NCBI GenBank assembly: GCA_002269645.1
Contig: NIVC01000778.1
Span: 380,235 to 444,234, forward strand
From: Macrostomum lignano
Lineage: Eukaryota
Direction: 5' to 3'
Length of the DNA: 64,000 nt
In this document: one piece after another, positions 1 to 25,586 of the stretch
How the letters are laid out: each line of letters begins with the position of its first letter
Position numbering within the stretch: the first letter of the stretch is position 1
The notes under the pieces: model-generated
Database searches by the model: none
Told to the model about the DNA's origin: nothing
Seen by the model: only the letters and a program-made list of their open reading frames with translations
Position numbers and translations under genes: made by a program

Positions 1-1
1 A

Positions 2-187
2 TTAGAAGTTGGCATGGAGGAGACCGACTGGCTCAGGCTGATGCTCAGGTCGGCTACCGCTTCCGCAGCTTTTGTTGCTGCCTCCGCGTCAACATCTGCT
101 TCCGTTGCTGCTGCTTCTGCCGCCGCAGACGCTTCTAGTGCAGCCTCTCCAGCTGGCGGCAAGCGGGCCCGTCTGCTCGACGCTTGA
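2..187 (+). CDS. C-terminal fragment of an unknown protein running in from the left edge
   Basis: Open frame LEVGMEETDWLRLMLRSATASAAF...AGGKRARLLDA* with exon-like GC content, ending TGA at 185-187 and followed by AT-rich sequence. No family recognised. Confidence 0.35.
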   Translation, partial: LEVGMEETDWLRLMLRSATASAAFVAASASTSASVAAASAAADASSAASPAGGKRARLLDA

Positions 188-1303
188 ACTTTTAAATTCT
201 GCAAAACAGAACAAATATATTATTTTATAATCCAAAAGAACTCAGACAGTGTTTGTGCTGTGTCTGGATATGTATATAGTGTTACTTATTATTATTTATC
301 CACCGAGCATACAGTTGTAGATAAATATAAACCTTTGCTATGATTGTGTGGATTCTGGAATTAACGCATAACTAATCTAATTTTTAATCATTACCTTTCT
401 CACCATTGCTGATCAGTTTTCTTAAGTTCGGACGAAAGCTTAGATAATAGCTTCTCCCCTGAGCCCACACTCCGCTTTGGCATATAATTTTTTTGTAATA
501 TACAGTTTGCTTGGTATTATTTAATTTCATTTGCTTTCAGCTTTCTGTTAAATTGTTTGTTTATTTAGACTAGGACCCCTAGCTATTGGCTTGCAGGCTG
601 TAAAATAGATATCAAACATTTTTGAGTCTTTTTATAACTATTATAGCTACCTGTTCTGTCGTGAGTTATTACTTATTGATTATAATAATACAATAAAACC
701 CACTATACCGCTTAGCTTAGTAAGTAGTATATATCGTTCCTCCGAATGTGTTTTAGTTTATTGCTTGTGTAGCGCTTCTGTTATTGCTATGGAAAAAATT
801 GTTTGTTTTATGTTTTGAAGTATAATATTTATTTGACTTACGAGTATTTTGCTGGCCCAGGCGTGTATATACTAATTCTATTACCTGTCGACCTTCTTCT
901 GTCATCTTAGTTATTCAAGATCGCATCTGTTAGTTTATCTTGCTTAAATTACCGATTACTTGTACATGTAGTTTAGCATTGACATTGACTTATCCCTGTT
1001 TACTTCAGATCTGTTTGAACTTGATCGTAACTCGGATGCAAGCCCCGCTCTGGCTATCCCCACCTACTTCTTTTCCTCTTTCTTTTCTCGCCAACACGTA
1101 GAAACTATATAAACTGAGAACCTGCGCACCGAACACAGGCCTTGAATAAGAAAGAGGCTTGACTGACAATTTACTTTTACAACATGTGACCTAGTAGAAT
1201 TGAAGCTGTCTGACTAAACAACCTGTGTTGCGTTGATTCATCAAGCAATTGCTAATTTAATCGTATTTGTTTGTATGTTGCTTTTTTATTTAATTGATAG
1301 ACA

Positions 1304-1805
1304 TTCGATAGTGTTAGACACGATAGTGTTAGACACGATAGTGTTAGACACGATAGTGTTAGACACGATAGTGTTAGACACGATAGTGTTAGACACGATA
1401 GTGTTAGACACGATAGTGTTAGACACGATAGTGTTAGACACGATAGTGTTAGACACGATAGTGTTAGACACGATAGTGTTAGACACGATAGTGTTAGACA
1501 CGATAGTGTTAGACACGATAGTATTAGACACGATAGTATTAGACACGATAGTGTTAGACACGATAGTGTTAGACATGATAGTATTAGACACGATAGTGTT
1601 AGACACGATAGTGTTAGACACGATAGTGTTAGACACGATAGTGTTAGACACGATAGTGTTAGACACGATAGTGTTAGACACGATAGTGTTAGACACGATA
1701 GTGTTAGACACGATAGTGTTAGACACGATAGTGTTAGACACGATAGTGTTAGACACGATAGTGTTAGACACGATAGTGTTAGACACGATAGTATTAGACA
1801 CGATA
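1304..1805. repeat. 15-bp minisatellite (CGATAGTGTTAGACA)n, about 33 copies
   Basis: Directly visible. It explains the spurious DTIVL/SNTIV ORFs. Confidence 0.98.
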
Positions 1806-1843
1806 GTCAGCAATCTATATTCTTAACATAATTAATCTCTTGC

Positions 1844-3481
1844 ATGTCGTCCAGCAGCACTAGCGGCAGTCTCGCCATCAGAAGCGGTAGCGACAGCACC
1901 AGCGGCTGTATCTGTTGCGTCAAGTGCGGCAGACAATTTCCAACTGAACGAGGAGCCAGAATTCATCAGAACTATTGCAATTCCTCTTCTGCCGCAGCCG
2001 CTCCCGTCATTGCGGCGGCTGCGTCAACAACAGCGGCAGCCGACTCGGGCACCAGACAGCGTCAGTTGGAGTCCGGCGTAATAATCGGCACCGTGTTTAA
2101 ACGCGAACCGGACACGGCCGATTTTAGCGCAGTAGATGCGGACAATCTGTCCGACATGAACAGATCTGGCAATGCTGTACTGTTGAGCTTAAACGAATGC
2201 GTCTTCTGTTGTAGACTATTTGACTCAGCTGAGGCTCTGGCTCGGCACCTGCTTAGTCATAATCAGATGCAGCCGTTTCTTTGCTGCTTCTGTCAGCAAC
2301 CGTTTCCCAGTAGGCAGACTCTTGATTGGCATTTTGTTCACCTGCACCGCATGCAGATGCCTGGCCAGCAGCAGCAGCAGCCAAACACGGCGCCTGTTAT
2401 CTCCGTTGCGGCTTCCGATGACATGCCTAGACAGACATCGCCGAGATCCTCGCCTCAGACCCCGCCGCCTCCACCTCCAGCAGAGTCGGAATCCTTGAAC
2501 CAGCCGCCAGCTGTGCGGGGAGTCAGCGGCGGCGGCAAGTGTGCGAGCACAGCACGGAAGAAGAATGCAAATAAGCAAAGACAGCAAAAGTCTAGCTTAG
2601 GACCAAGGAAGCCTGGTTTAATTCGAAAGAAAAATTTGCCGAAAATTCGGGCTCGCCTAGGCCCGACGACAGAAGAGCAGTCGAGTAGTCAACAGCCGCA
2701 AGCTCAGTTGGACTCTACGGAGCAGCCAGTTGAGCAATCGGATCAACAGCCAGAAGCACAGGACAAAAAAAATAAACAGGCAAGGCAAAAGCTTAATATA
2801 CAAGCGAAGCGAAAGGTGACAAGCGTTGATCCGCAGTTCACCTGTCACCTGTGCAGTCGCAGATACTGGACAGAGCGAGAGCTAGCCTCGCACTTCATCA
2901 TCTGCCTTAGGCGTCGCCGCTTGACCGATCCGGAGAAGCCGAAGTGTGAATTCTGCCAGAAACTATGCGGCAACAAGTTGCGCCTGATTAGTCACATTAG
3001 GCGGTGCCATTCGGGCAGGCGGCACTTCACTTGCCTAGTCTGTCGGGCAGTGTTTCCCACCCGTTCGTCCGTTATGCTGCACAGTTATCGATTCCGTAGG
3101 CTAGTCAACGCGCGGCTTTCTAAAAATGCTAATAGCAATACTAATAGTAGCAAGAAGACCGACAGGCGGCGACCGCGGAATTCTGTTCAATCTGAGCAGG
3201 CAGTAGAGACGGAAGCAGAACAATCGCTGCAAGCTGGAGAGGAGCTGTCATTAGAGGAGGAGCAATGCCAAGATGGCGAACAGAAGCTGTACGGAGAGCC
3301 GGCAGAGCAGGCGGCGGCAGGCGACTCAACTGGCGGCCGGCAGTGGCAGCCGTTCGTGTGGTGCGACCCCAACCAGCTAGCCGAAGATCTCCGCAGTGCC
3401 ACTTATGCCGCGGCTGCTGCCGACTCAAGTAAGATTATTTCACCCCGGATGGTGCCCTACGTTGTGTTGGACCAGCTATGA
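1844..3481 (+). CDS. Intronless C2H2/C2HC zinc-finger protein, 545 aa
   Basis: Fingers CVKC..H...C, CVFC-X12-HLLSH, CCFC-X12-HFVHLH, CHLC..H...C, CEFC-X12-HIRRCH and a degenerate CLVC. Basic K/R-rich linker (NLS-like) and Q/P-rich low-complexity segments. Confidence 0.88.
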   Translation: MSSSSTSGSLAIRSGSDSTSGCICCVKCGRQFPTERGARIHQNYCNSSSAAAAPVIAAAASTTAAADSGTRQRQLESGVIIGTVFKREPDTADFSAVDADNLSDMNRSGNAVLLSLNECVFCCRLFDSAEALARHLLSHNQMQPFLCCFCQQPFPSRQTLDWHFVHLHRMQMPGQQQQQPNTAPVISVAASDDMPRQTSPRSSPQTPPPPPPAESESLNQPPAVRGVSGGGKCASTARKKNANKQRQQKSSLGPRKPGLIRKKNLPKIRARLGPTTEEQSSSQQPQAQLDSTEQPVEQSDQQPEAQDKKNKQARQKLNIQAKRKVTSVDPQFTCHLCSRRYWTERELASHFIICLRRRRLTDPEKPKCEFCQKLCGNKLRLISHIRRCHSGRRHFTCLVCRAVFPTRSSVMLHSYRFRRLVNARLSKNANSNTNSSKKTDRRRPRNSVQSEQAVETEAEQSLQAGEELSLEEEQCQDGEQKLYGEPAEQAAAGDSTGGRQWQPFVWCDPNQLAEDLRSATYAAAAADSSKIISPRMVPYVVLDQL

Positions 3482-4260
3482 CCAGTTATGCTTTCATCAC
3501 GGCCCCTATAGCTGTTACTGTTGAGTGTTGAGCTAGCCGTGTCCTGAAACTACTATTGCCCTCGCTTTACCTAATTTTTAGACTAACGCTTTGTGTGAAC
3601 GTTTTCGTCGACTGTGCCATTAAGGATGATTAACAAGCCAAAAAACAGCCAGTGAGACTTTCTGCTCGAACAGAACGTATCCAACGCGAAAAAGTCCAGC
3701 ACTACTAATTAAAATTCTCTGAAGTTCAATATATTTTAACATAGTTATTACATGCTCATTATTACATTTTTAACTGCAACTGTTGTTCCGCTGCACCGCT
3801 GTACATGTGAGTACACCGATGTACATGCAGTAGTTTATAAGTTTTAAGCAACTGTGTAGTTTTTGAACCCGCAAGTCAATGAAGCTTGTATCTTTCCTCT
3901 GTTATTTGTAAAATTTACTCACAAAGTTGTTGCTTTAATATATAACGAATATTCACACTGTGGCATTAGTTGTTCCACCCGTTTGCAGTGCACAGCAAAC
4001 ATTCTATAACCATCCATTCTTCAAAAATCATATTTGAGTAATTTTTTACGCTTTCTAGTCTTATTTAGTAATATCAAAAGTAATTACATGTAGAAGAGAT
4101 TAGTGTACAAACGGTAACGGGATTTCTTAGCTCTTTATCAATAGATATTGATGAAAAGTCTACCTCGAATGAAATACATTCTAAGTACACTGTGTACCAG
4201 ATTTAAAACATTTAGAAGGAAAATCGATAAGTAGAGCACCTACTTCTTCACGATCTAGCG

Positions 4261-4558
4261 CATACATGCGCAACAGTCGGCCGAGTCGGCCGATCCGGCC
4301 GACTGATTTGGCAGCCAACCAAGGAAGTCGCAAAAAATGCCCACCCAAAAAATACCCACGCAGTAGTACTAAGCAGCTGACGAGGCATTTTTGCCTGATA
4401 AGACAGTCATAGTTACTCCCGCCGTTTACCCAAAGTTGCGTTAATTTTGCTTTAGGGTTTTTTTACATGTAAGTCGCATTTTTGGCCAAAAACTACGTCG
4501 CATTTTTGTTAAAACTAAGTCGCACGGCCGACCGAATTTTGGACGTTGCGCATGTATG
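4261..4558. mobile_element. hAT-type MITE, 298 bp
   Basis: Perfect 14-bp TIR CATACATGCGCAAC / GTTGCGCATGTATG and 8-bp TSD ATCTAGCG (4253-4260 and 4559-4566). Subterminal GTCGGCCGA and AAGTCGCA repeats. Confidence 0.9.
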
Positions 4559-4762
4559 ATCTAGCGGCCGGTTTTCGCTTCCTTAAAGCGTTAGAAACTA
4601 TCTATAAGTCATTGGCAGGAGCAGTCAAATAGCTACTCATTATATGCAGTCATGTAAATATAATAGTAATGTTAGTGTTATCTATATCCAATATTAGCAT
4701 CGGGTGGAACAATTTCTTGCTAAATGCTCGTGCATGCACGTTGTTGTGCAGAACCTTCTCCG

Positions 4763-18947
<14,185 letters not shown>

Positions 18948-19726
18948 GACGAGCTGTTGGGTCCGACTGACTGCCGCCAATGCGCTGGACTGACTCAATT
19001 AAATGCTCGGCTGCAACCGGGGCTGTTGATGAAGCAGCTGGGTGGGAGTGAGTTATCAGTTTGAGTAGCGCATACTATATAATATTCCCCCATTGTCTCT
19101 TGGGGATTTGGGAGAGTGGGGTAAGAGGCACCAGGTGAGCGAGGTAACACATGCGAAGCTACACCCAGCTCCCAGTTCCCTTCTCTCAAAAACACGCCGG
19201 GCTCCTAGAGGCTCTCCAGACACAACTGTTGGTGCCCCGCTGCAGCCGGCCCTGCCTCCCTTCCACTCTGCCCCTGGCCGCGTCAACATTTCAGCAGCTT
19301 CCCTCCTCACTCTGCAACGCTTTACAATAACGACAGCGATAATGACTTTAGCGAAGGTTTCTACCGGGCTAGCTGTGGTTGGAGAGGCATTGGGGAGTCA
19401 TAAGGGGTGGGGTAAGAGAAAGTGAAGCTTTTAAAAGATTGGGACCAGAAATACGGTCGCAAAATTCTCAGCACAGCACCCAAAAAATATAACATTTTCT
19501 GCAGGTGCGACTGACGTTTTTAGCAAACAGTTTTTTTCCGCGAAATTATTTCTTTGCTTTGGGCCGCTGCAGCATGAACTGATTAATTCTTGTGCGTTAC
19601 ATTTTTTTCTGGCGCTGCATTGAAAACTAGGGGCAATCAATTATCAAGGTAGGGAGGCCTCCCTCAGCCGGTAACATTTTTGAGGGGGGATCCAAGTAGG
19701 AGAGCAGTCAAACAGCTCCCATGGCG

Positions 19727-21460
19727 CTCAAATCTGCCACTCCCACCCTTCAAATCTGCCACTCCCATCAATCAAATCTGCCACTCCCACCCTTCAAATC
19801 TGCCACTCCCATCCTTCAAATCTGCCACTCCCATCCTTCAAATCTGCCACTCCCACCCTTCAAATCTGCCACTCCCATCAATCAAATCTGCCACTCCCAC
19901 CCTTCAAATCTGCCACTCCCCATCCTTCTAATCTGTCTCTCCTATCAATCAAATCTGCCACTCCCATCAATCAAATCTGCCACTCCCATCAATCAAATCT
20001 GCCACTCCCATCAATCAAATCTGCCACTCCCATCAATCAAATCTGCCACTTCCATCAATCAAATCTGCCACTCCCATCAATCAAATCTGCCACTCCCATC
20101 CTTCAAATCTGCCACTCCCCATCCTTCTAATCTGTCTCTCCTATCAATCAAATCTGCCACTCCCATCAATCAAATCTGCCACTTCCATCAATCAAATCTG
20201 CCACTCCCATCAATCAAATCTGCCACTTCCATCAATCAAATCTGCCACTCCCACCCTTCAAATCTGCCACTCCCATCCTTCAAATCTGCCACTCCCCATC
20301 CTTCTAATCTGTCTCTCCTATCAATCAAATCTGCCACTCCCATCAATCAAATCTGCCACTCCCATCAATCAAATCTGCCACTCCCATCAATCAAATCTGC
20401 CACTCCCATCAATCAAATCTGCCACTTCCATCAATCAAATCTGCCACTCCCATCAATCAAATCTGCCACTCCCATCCTTCAAATCTGCCACTCCCCATCC
20501 TTCTAATCTGTCTCTCCTATCAATCAAATCTGCCACTCCCATCAATCAAATCTGCCACTTCCATCAATCAAATCTGCCACTCCCATCAATCAAATCTGCC
20601 ACTTCCATCAATCAAATCTGCCACTCCCACCCTTCAAATCTGCCACTCCCATCCTTCAAATCTGCCACTTCCCATCCTTCTAATCTGTCTCTCCTATCAA
20701 TCAAATCTGCCACTTCCATCAATCAAATCTGCCACTCCCATCCTTCTAATCTGTCTCTCCTATCAATCAAATCTGCCACTTCCATCAATCAAATCTGCCA
20801 CTTCCATCAATCAAATCTGCCACTCCCATCCTTCAAATCTGCCACTCCCCATCCTTCTAATCTGTCTCTCCTATCAATCAAATCTGCCACTCCCATCAAT
20901 CAAATCTGCCACTCCCATCAATCAAATCTGCCACTCCCATCAATCAAATCTGCCACTTCCATCAATCAAATCTGCCACTCCCATCAATCAAATCTGCCAC
21001 TCCCATCCTTCAAATCTGCCACTCCCATCCTTCTAATCTGTCTCTCCTATCAATCAAATCTGCCACTCCCATCAATCAAATCTGCCACTCCCATAAATCA
21101 AATCTGCCACTCCCATCCTTCTAATCTGTCTCTCCTATCAATCAAATCTGCCACTTCCATCAATCAAATCTGCCACTTCCATCAATCAAATCTGCCACTC
21201 CCATCCTTCAAATCTGCCACTCCCATCAATCAAATCTGCCACTCCCATCCTTCAAATCTGCCACTCCCCATCCTTCTAATCTGTCACTTCTATTAATCAA
21301 ATCTGCCACTCCCCATCCTTCTAATCTGTCTCTCCTATCCCTCAAATCTGCCACTCCCACCCCTCAAATCTGCCACTTCTATCAATCAAATCTGCCACTC
21401 CCATCCTTCAAATCTGTCTCTCCTATCAATAAAATCTGCCACTCCCATCCCTCAAATCTG
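19727..21460. repeat. 22-bp minisatellite (CAAATCTGCCACTCCCATCAAT)n with variant units
   Basis: Directly visible. Confidence 0.98.
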
Positions 21461-22067
21461 CCTTTCCCCCGAGCGTATTCTTAAAAATCAACTTCTCTTA
21501 CCGAATCGCGCTTCAAGCAGCCAAGGGTTTTGTTTGCGTTATCTTTAGCTAGCAGCAAACTCTGCAACACTGCACAGCATCAATCTATTGCTTGTTGCTG
21601 TCTGTCATTCCAGTCTTTCCAAGCAGATCGATTTTTAATGAGCTGCAGCCACAGAGATGCGCGGGAGTTTTGACAACACTGAATGCGGATGCTTAAAGAG
21701 AGGGGAGTACGTGTTGCAGAGTTGGCTGGCGCTAAAAGTCCGCAGCTCATGAGTTCCTGTCAAAACTCACGACATGCATTGACAGGAAGTTTTCATGCGG
21801 AATGCAGCGACCACTTGTGCGCGCTGACTGTCTGTCCAATGTGCAGCGAGGGAGCCCAGAGCCTGTGCATAGCTTTCCCCATGCCCTGGCAACCAATCCT
21901 GACTGACCTCATCATGCTGTCATTAAAATGCTAGGGCTGAGTACCTGCATTTTATAGACAGTGGATTAGATGTTGTTCTGTAACTTTTTAACATTGCGCC
22001 ATTCAATTTTGTTCACACCGTTTTCTGCCTTACTACGAGCTACATTTAAACATCGAATGTGTTAACG

Positions 22068-22545
22068 GGTCCTTTCTGAGGTGTTACAGAGGTCCATTCT
22101 GAGGACTGGCTGAGGTGTTAAGGAGGTCCTTTCTCAGGACTGGCTGAGGTGTTACAGAGGTCCTTTCTCAGGACTGGCTGAGGTGTTAAGGAGGTCCTTT
22201 CTCAGGACTGGCTGAGGTGCTAGAGGTCCTTTCTCAGGACTGGCTGAGGTGCTAGAGGTCCTTTCTCAGGACTGGCTGAGGTGCTAGAGGTCCTTTCTCA
22301 GGACTGGCTGAGGTGTTACAGAGGTCCTTTCTCAGGACTGGCTGAGGTGTTACAGAGGTCCTTTCTCAGGACTGGCTGAGGTGTTACAGAGGTCCTTTCT
22401 CAGGACTGGCTGAGGTGTTACAGAGGTCCTTTCTCAGGACTGGCTGAGGTGTTACAGAGGTCCTTTCTCAGGACTGGCTGAGGTGTTAGAGGTCCTTTCT
22501 CAGGACTGGCTGAGGTGTTAAGGAGGTCCATTCTGAGGACTGGAG
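22068..22545. repeat. 32-35-bp minisatellite (GAGGTCCTTTCTCAGGACTGGCTGAGGTGTTACA)n
   Basis: Directly visible. Confidence 0.95.
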
Positions 22546-23114
22546 GATGTCAAAGCAAGAGCTTAATTGTCTGGATCAAAGATAGAAGGAATAAGACAGT
22601 TATATAGCTAATTGAGAAGACTGAGAAGAGCCACGCAGATTTGATACACCTCTCCTTATGAGCTCGCGAAAAGCATAGCTATTAATTATTATTGAATCGC
22701 TAAGCTTGCAAAGCGAAAGAGAATAAGGGATCGAGCTCAAGGAAAAATTAAATATACCTCAGCCAGTAACTATCTACACACTTAACGATCAGGTGATTAA
22801 GCCCATCTTAGTCTCACCCAAGGATATATTTTGCCATGTTGATCTTGCAGGACAATGTACCCAACCATAATAATACTCAACCCAGACGACAGACGGTGCA
22901 AGGGAAGAGAGATTGGCTGCGTCAACAGCAGGGGATATTGAACTGTGATCAGCTGTAGACAAACTACAGATCCCATTTCTGGGGCAGAGCAGAAAGGGTC
23001 GGCTGAGACGAAGCAGATTAGCAAGATTATAAAGAATGCCCTGAGTTCAAGTGCAGGATTGCAGAGGGGACGGTTTGAGCTTAACTTGGCCAGATATTGG
23101 ACCGACTAACCGGA

Positions 23115-23186
23115 GCGAGTGTGGTGTAACGGTTAGCATGGATGCCTTCCAAGCATTCGACCCGGGTTCGACTCCCGGCACTCGCA
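23115..23186 (+). tRNA. tRNA-Gly, anticodon TCC
   Basis: Acceptor stem GCGAGTG/CACTCGC, discriminator A, anticodon arm GATGC-CTTCCAA-GCATT, T arm CCGGG-TTCGACT-CCCGG. No encoded CCA at the 3' end, and a TTTTT Pol III terminator follows. Confidence 0.95.
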
Positions 23187-24089
23187 ACCAATTTTTACTG
23201 AAAATTTAATTCTCCAACATATTACTACGCTACGCTTGAACTACTGTTAGTAGTGCAACTTACTAAATTTTGATATTTAATAAAGAACAGAGATTGCAAG
23301 TGATAATTCTTCAATTTGTCTTCAATTTCAAAACAAAAATAATAATTGAATTTTTTTAAATATAATCTCGGAAATTAGCATCTGAAAGTAGTATATATAG
23401 TCTAGTTTATTTCAAAATTTCACCATCACTGATAACAAAAGGTAAAGGAAAATAATCTTGAATCAGTCCGAACACAAATAATAGACAAACAACAAAGAGA
23501 ATAATATAATTTTGCAAATATAAATATAAAAAAATTTGAGAGAGAACAAGGAACAGTAAGTAGTATACACACATTGGACAGTAGTATCGAATACCCTATT
23601 ATAGTATCGAATGAAGAAATGCCAATGATAAGAATATAATATAATATAGTATAATGTAACAATTTGCCTAAGAATAGAATCTGTGATGATTGACAGGTGA
23701 ACAAATCGCCAAAAATGAGACTTCTGATATTCTGAGCACTATATCGATCATTTAGCTCTTCCGTGAAATGGAAGGAAAAAATTAACGATTACTTGATAAA
23801 TAGAAACTCCTGTAAATGCTATATGAATTAATAATATTGATAGAAATACTAACGAGTGGAACAAACAATGCGGAGTAACGCTGACAATTTTTATGTAAAT
23901 TATAATTGCACCGATAATTAACATAATTTTTATATTTAATGACAACCGTTTATCAGTCCTGTGGGAAATACCGCAGAGTACTATAATTAACTCAGTGCCA
24001 AGCCAGACCACACAAAACAGTAATTATAAAGCTATCTTGTAGAGATCAATTGTGGAGTCAACAGTCTTAGCACTGGTTCATTGCTAATT

Positions 24090-25545
24090 AAGACTGAGGG
24101 GAGGATGGGGACTGGGGGGGCAGAGACGGCAAGGCTGGGGACTGAGGGGGGGGCAGAGACGGCAAGGCTGGGGACTGAGGGGGGCAGAGACGGCAAGGCT
24201 GGGGACTGAGGGGGGCAGAGACGGCAAGGCTGGGGACTGAGGGGGGGCAGAGACGGCAAGGCTGGGGACTGAGGGGGGGCAGAGACGGCAAGGCTGGGGA
24301 CTGAGGGGGGCAGAGACGGCAAGGCTGGGGACTGAGGGGGGGGCAGAGACGGCAAGGCTGGGGACTGAGGGGGGGGCAGAGACGGCAAGGCTGGGGACTG
24401 AGGGGGGCAGAGACAGCAAGGCTGGGGACTGAGGGGGGGCAGAGACGGCAAGGCTGGGGACTAGGGGGGCAGGGACGGCAAGGCTGGGGACTGAGGGGGG
24501 GCAGAGACGGCAAGGCTGGGGACTAAGGGGGGGCAGAGACGGCAAGGCTGGGGACTGAGGGGGGCAGAGACGGCAAGGCTGGGGACTGAGGGGGGGGGCA
24601 GAGACGGCAAGGCTGGGGACTGAGGGGGGGGGGGCAGAGACGGCAAGGCTGGGGACTGAGGGGGGGAGACGGCAAGGCTGGGGACTGAGGGGGGCAGAGA
24701 CGGCAAGGCTGGGGACTGAGGGGGGGCAGAGACGGCAAGGCTGGGGACTGAGGGGGGCAGAGACGGCAAGGCTGGGGACTAAGGGGGGGGCAGAGACGGC
24801 AAGGCTGGGGACTGAGGGGGGGCAGAGACGGCAAGGCTGGGGACTGAGGGGGGCAGAGACGGCAAGGCTGGGGACTGAGGGGGGCAGAGACGGCAAGGCT
24901 GGGGACTGAGGGGGGCAGAGACGGCAAGGCTGGGGACTAAGGGGGGGCAGAGACGGCAAGGCTGGGGACTAAGGGGGGGGCAGAGACGGCAAGGCTGGGG
25001 ACTGAGGGGGGCAGAGACGGCAAGGCTGGGGACTGAGGGGGGCAGAGACGGCAAGGCTGGGGACTGAGGGGGGCAGAGACGGCAAGGCTGGGGACTGAGG
25101 GGGGCAGAGACGGCAAGGCTGGGGACTAAGGGGGGCAGAGACGGCAAGGCTGGGGACTAAGGGGGGGGCAGAGACGGCAAGGCTGGGGACTAAGGGGGGG
25201 CAGAGACGGCAAGGCTGGGGACTAAGGGGGGGCAGAGACGGCAAGGCTGGGGACTGAGGGGGGCAGAGACGGCAAGGCTGGGGACTAAGGGCGCAGAGAC
25301 AGCAAGGCTGGGGACTGAGGGGGGCAGAGACGGCAAGGCTGGGGACTGAGGGGGCAGGGACGGCAAGGCTGGGGACTGAGGGGGGGGGCAGAGACGGCAA
25401 GGCTGGGGACTAAGGGGGGGGGCAGAGACGGCAAGGCTGGGGACTAAGGGCGCAGAGACGGCAAGGCTGGGGACTGAGGGGGGCAGAGACGGCAAGGCTG
25501 GGGACTGAGGGGGGCAGGGACGGCAAGGCTGGGGACTGAGGGGTC
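24090..25545. repeat. G-rich ~31-34-bp minisatellite (GGGGACTGAGGGGGGGCAGAGACGGCAAGGCT)n
   Basis: Directly visible, with variable G-run length. It lies just 3' of the GPR155 stop. Confidence 0.97.
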
Positions 25546-25586
25546 AGGGACAACACAGTATACACAGTAGCAAACCGTCCATGATT

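Noticed and set aside
1233-1826. Long repetitive ORFs (DTIVL/SNTIV, and similarly YLSI, GSDVD, TDRQ, PSLAVSAP, FTILVGV, SSAIILGL, HLINQGLL)
   Set aside because: They are translations of stop-poor tandem repeats that are open in several frames and on both strands. Most lie in introns of well-supported genes or inside elements.
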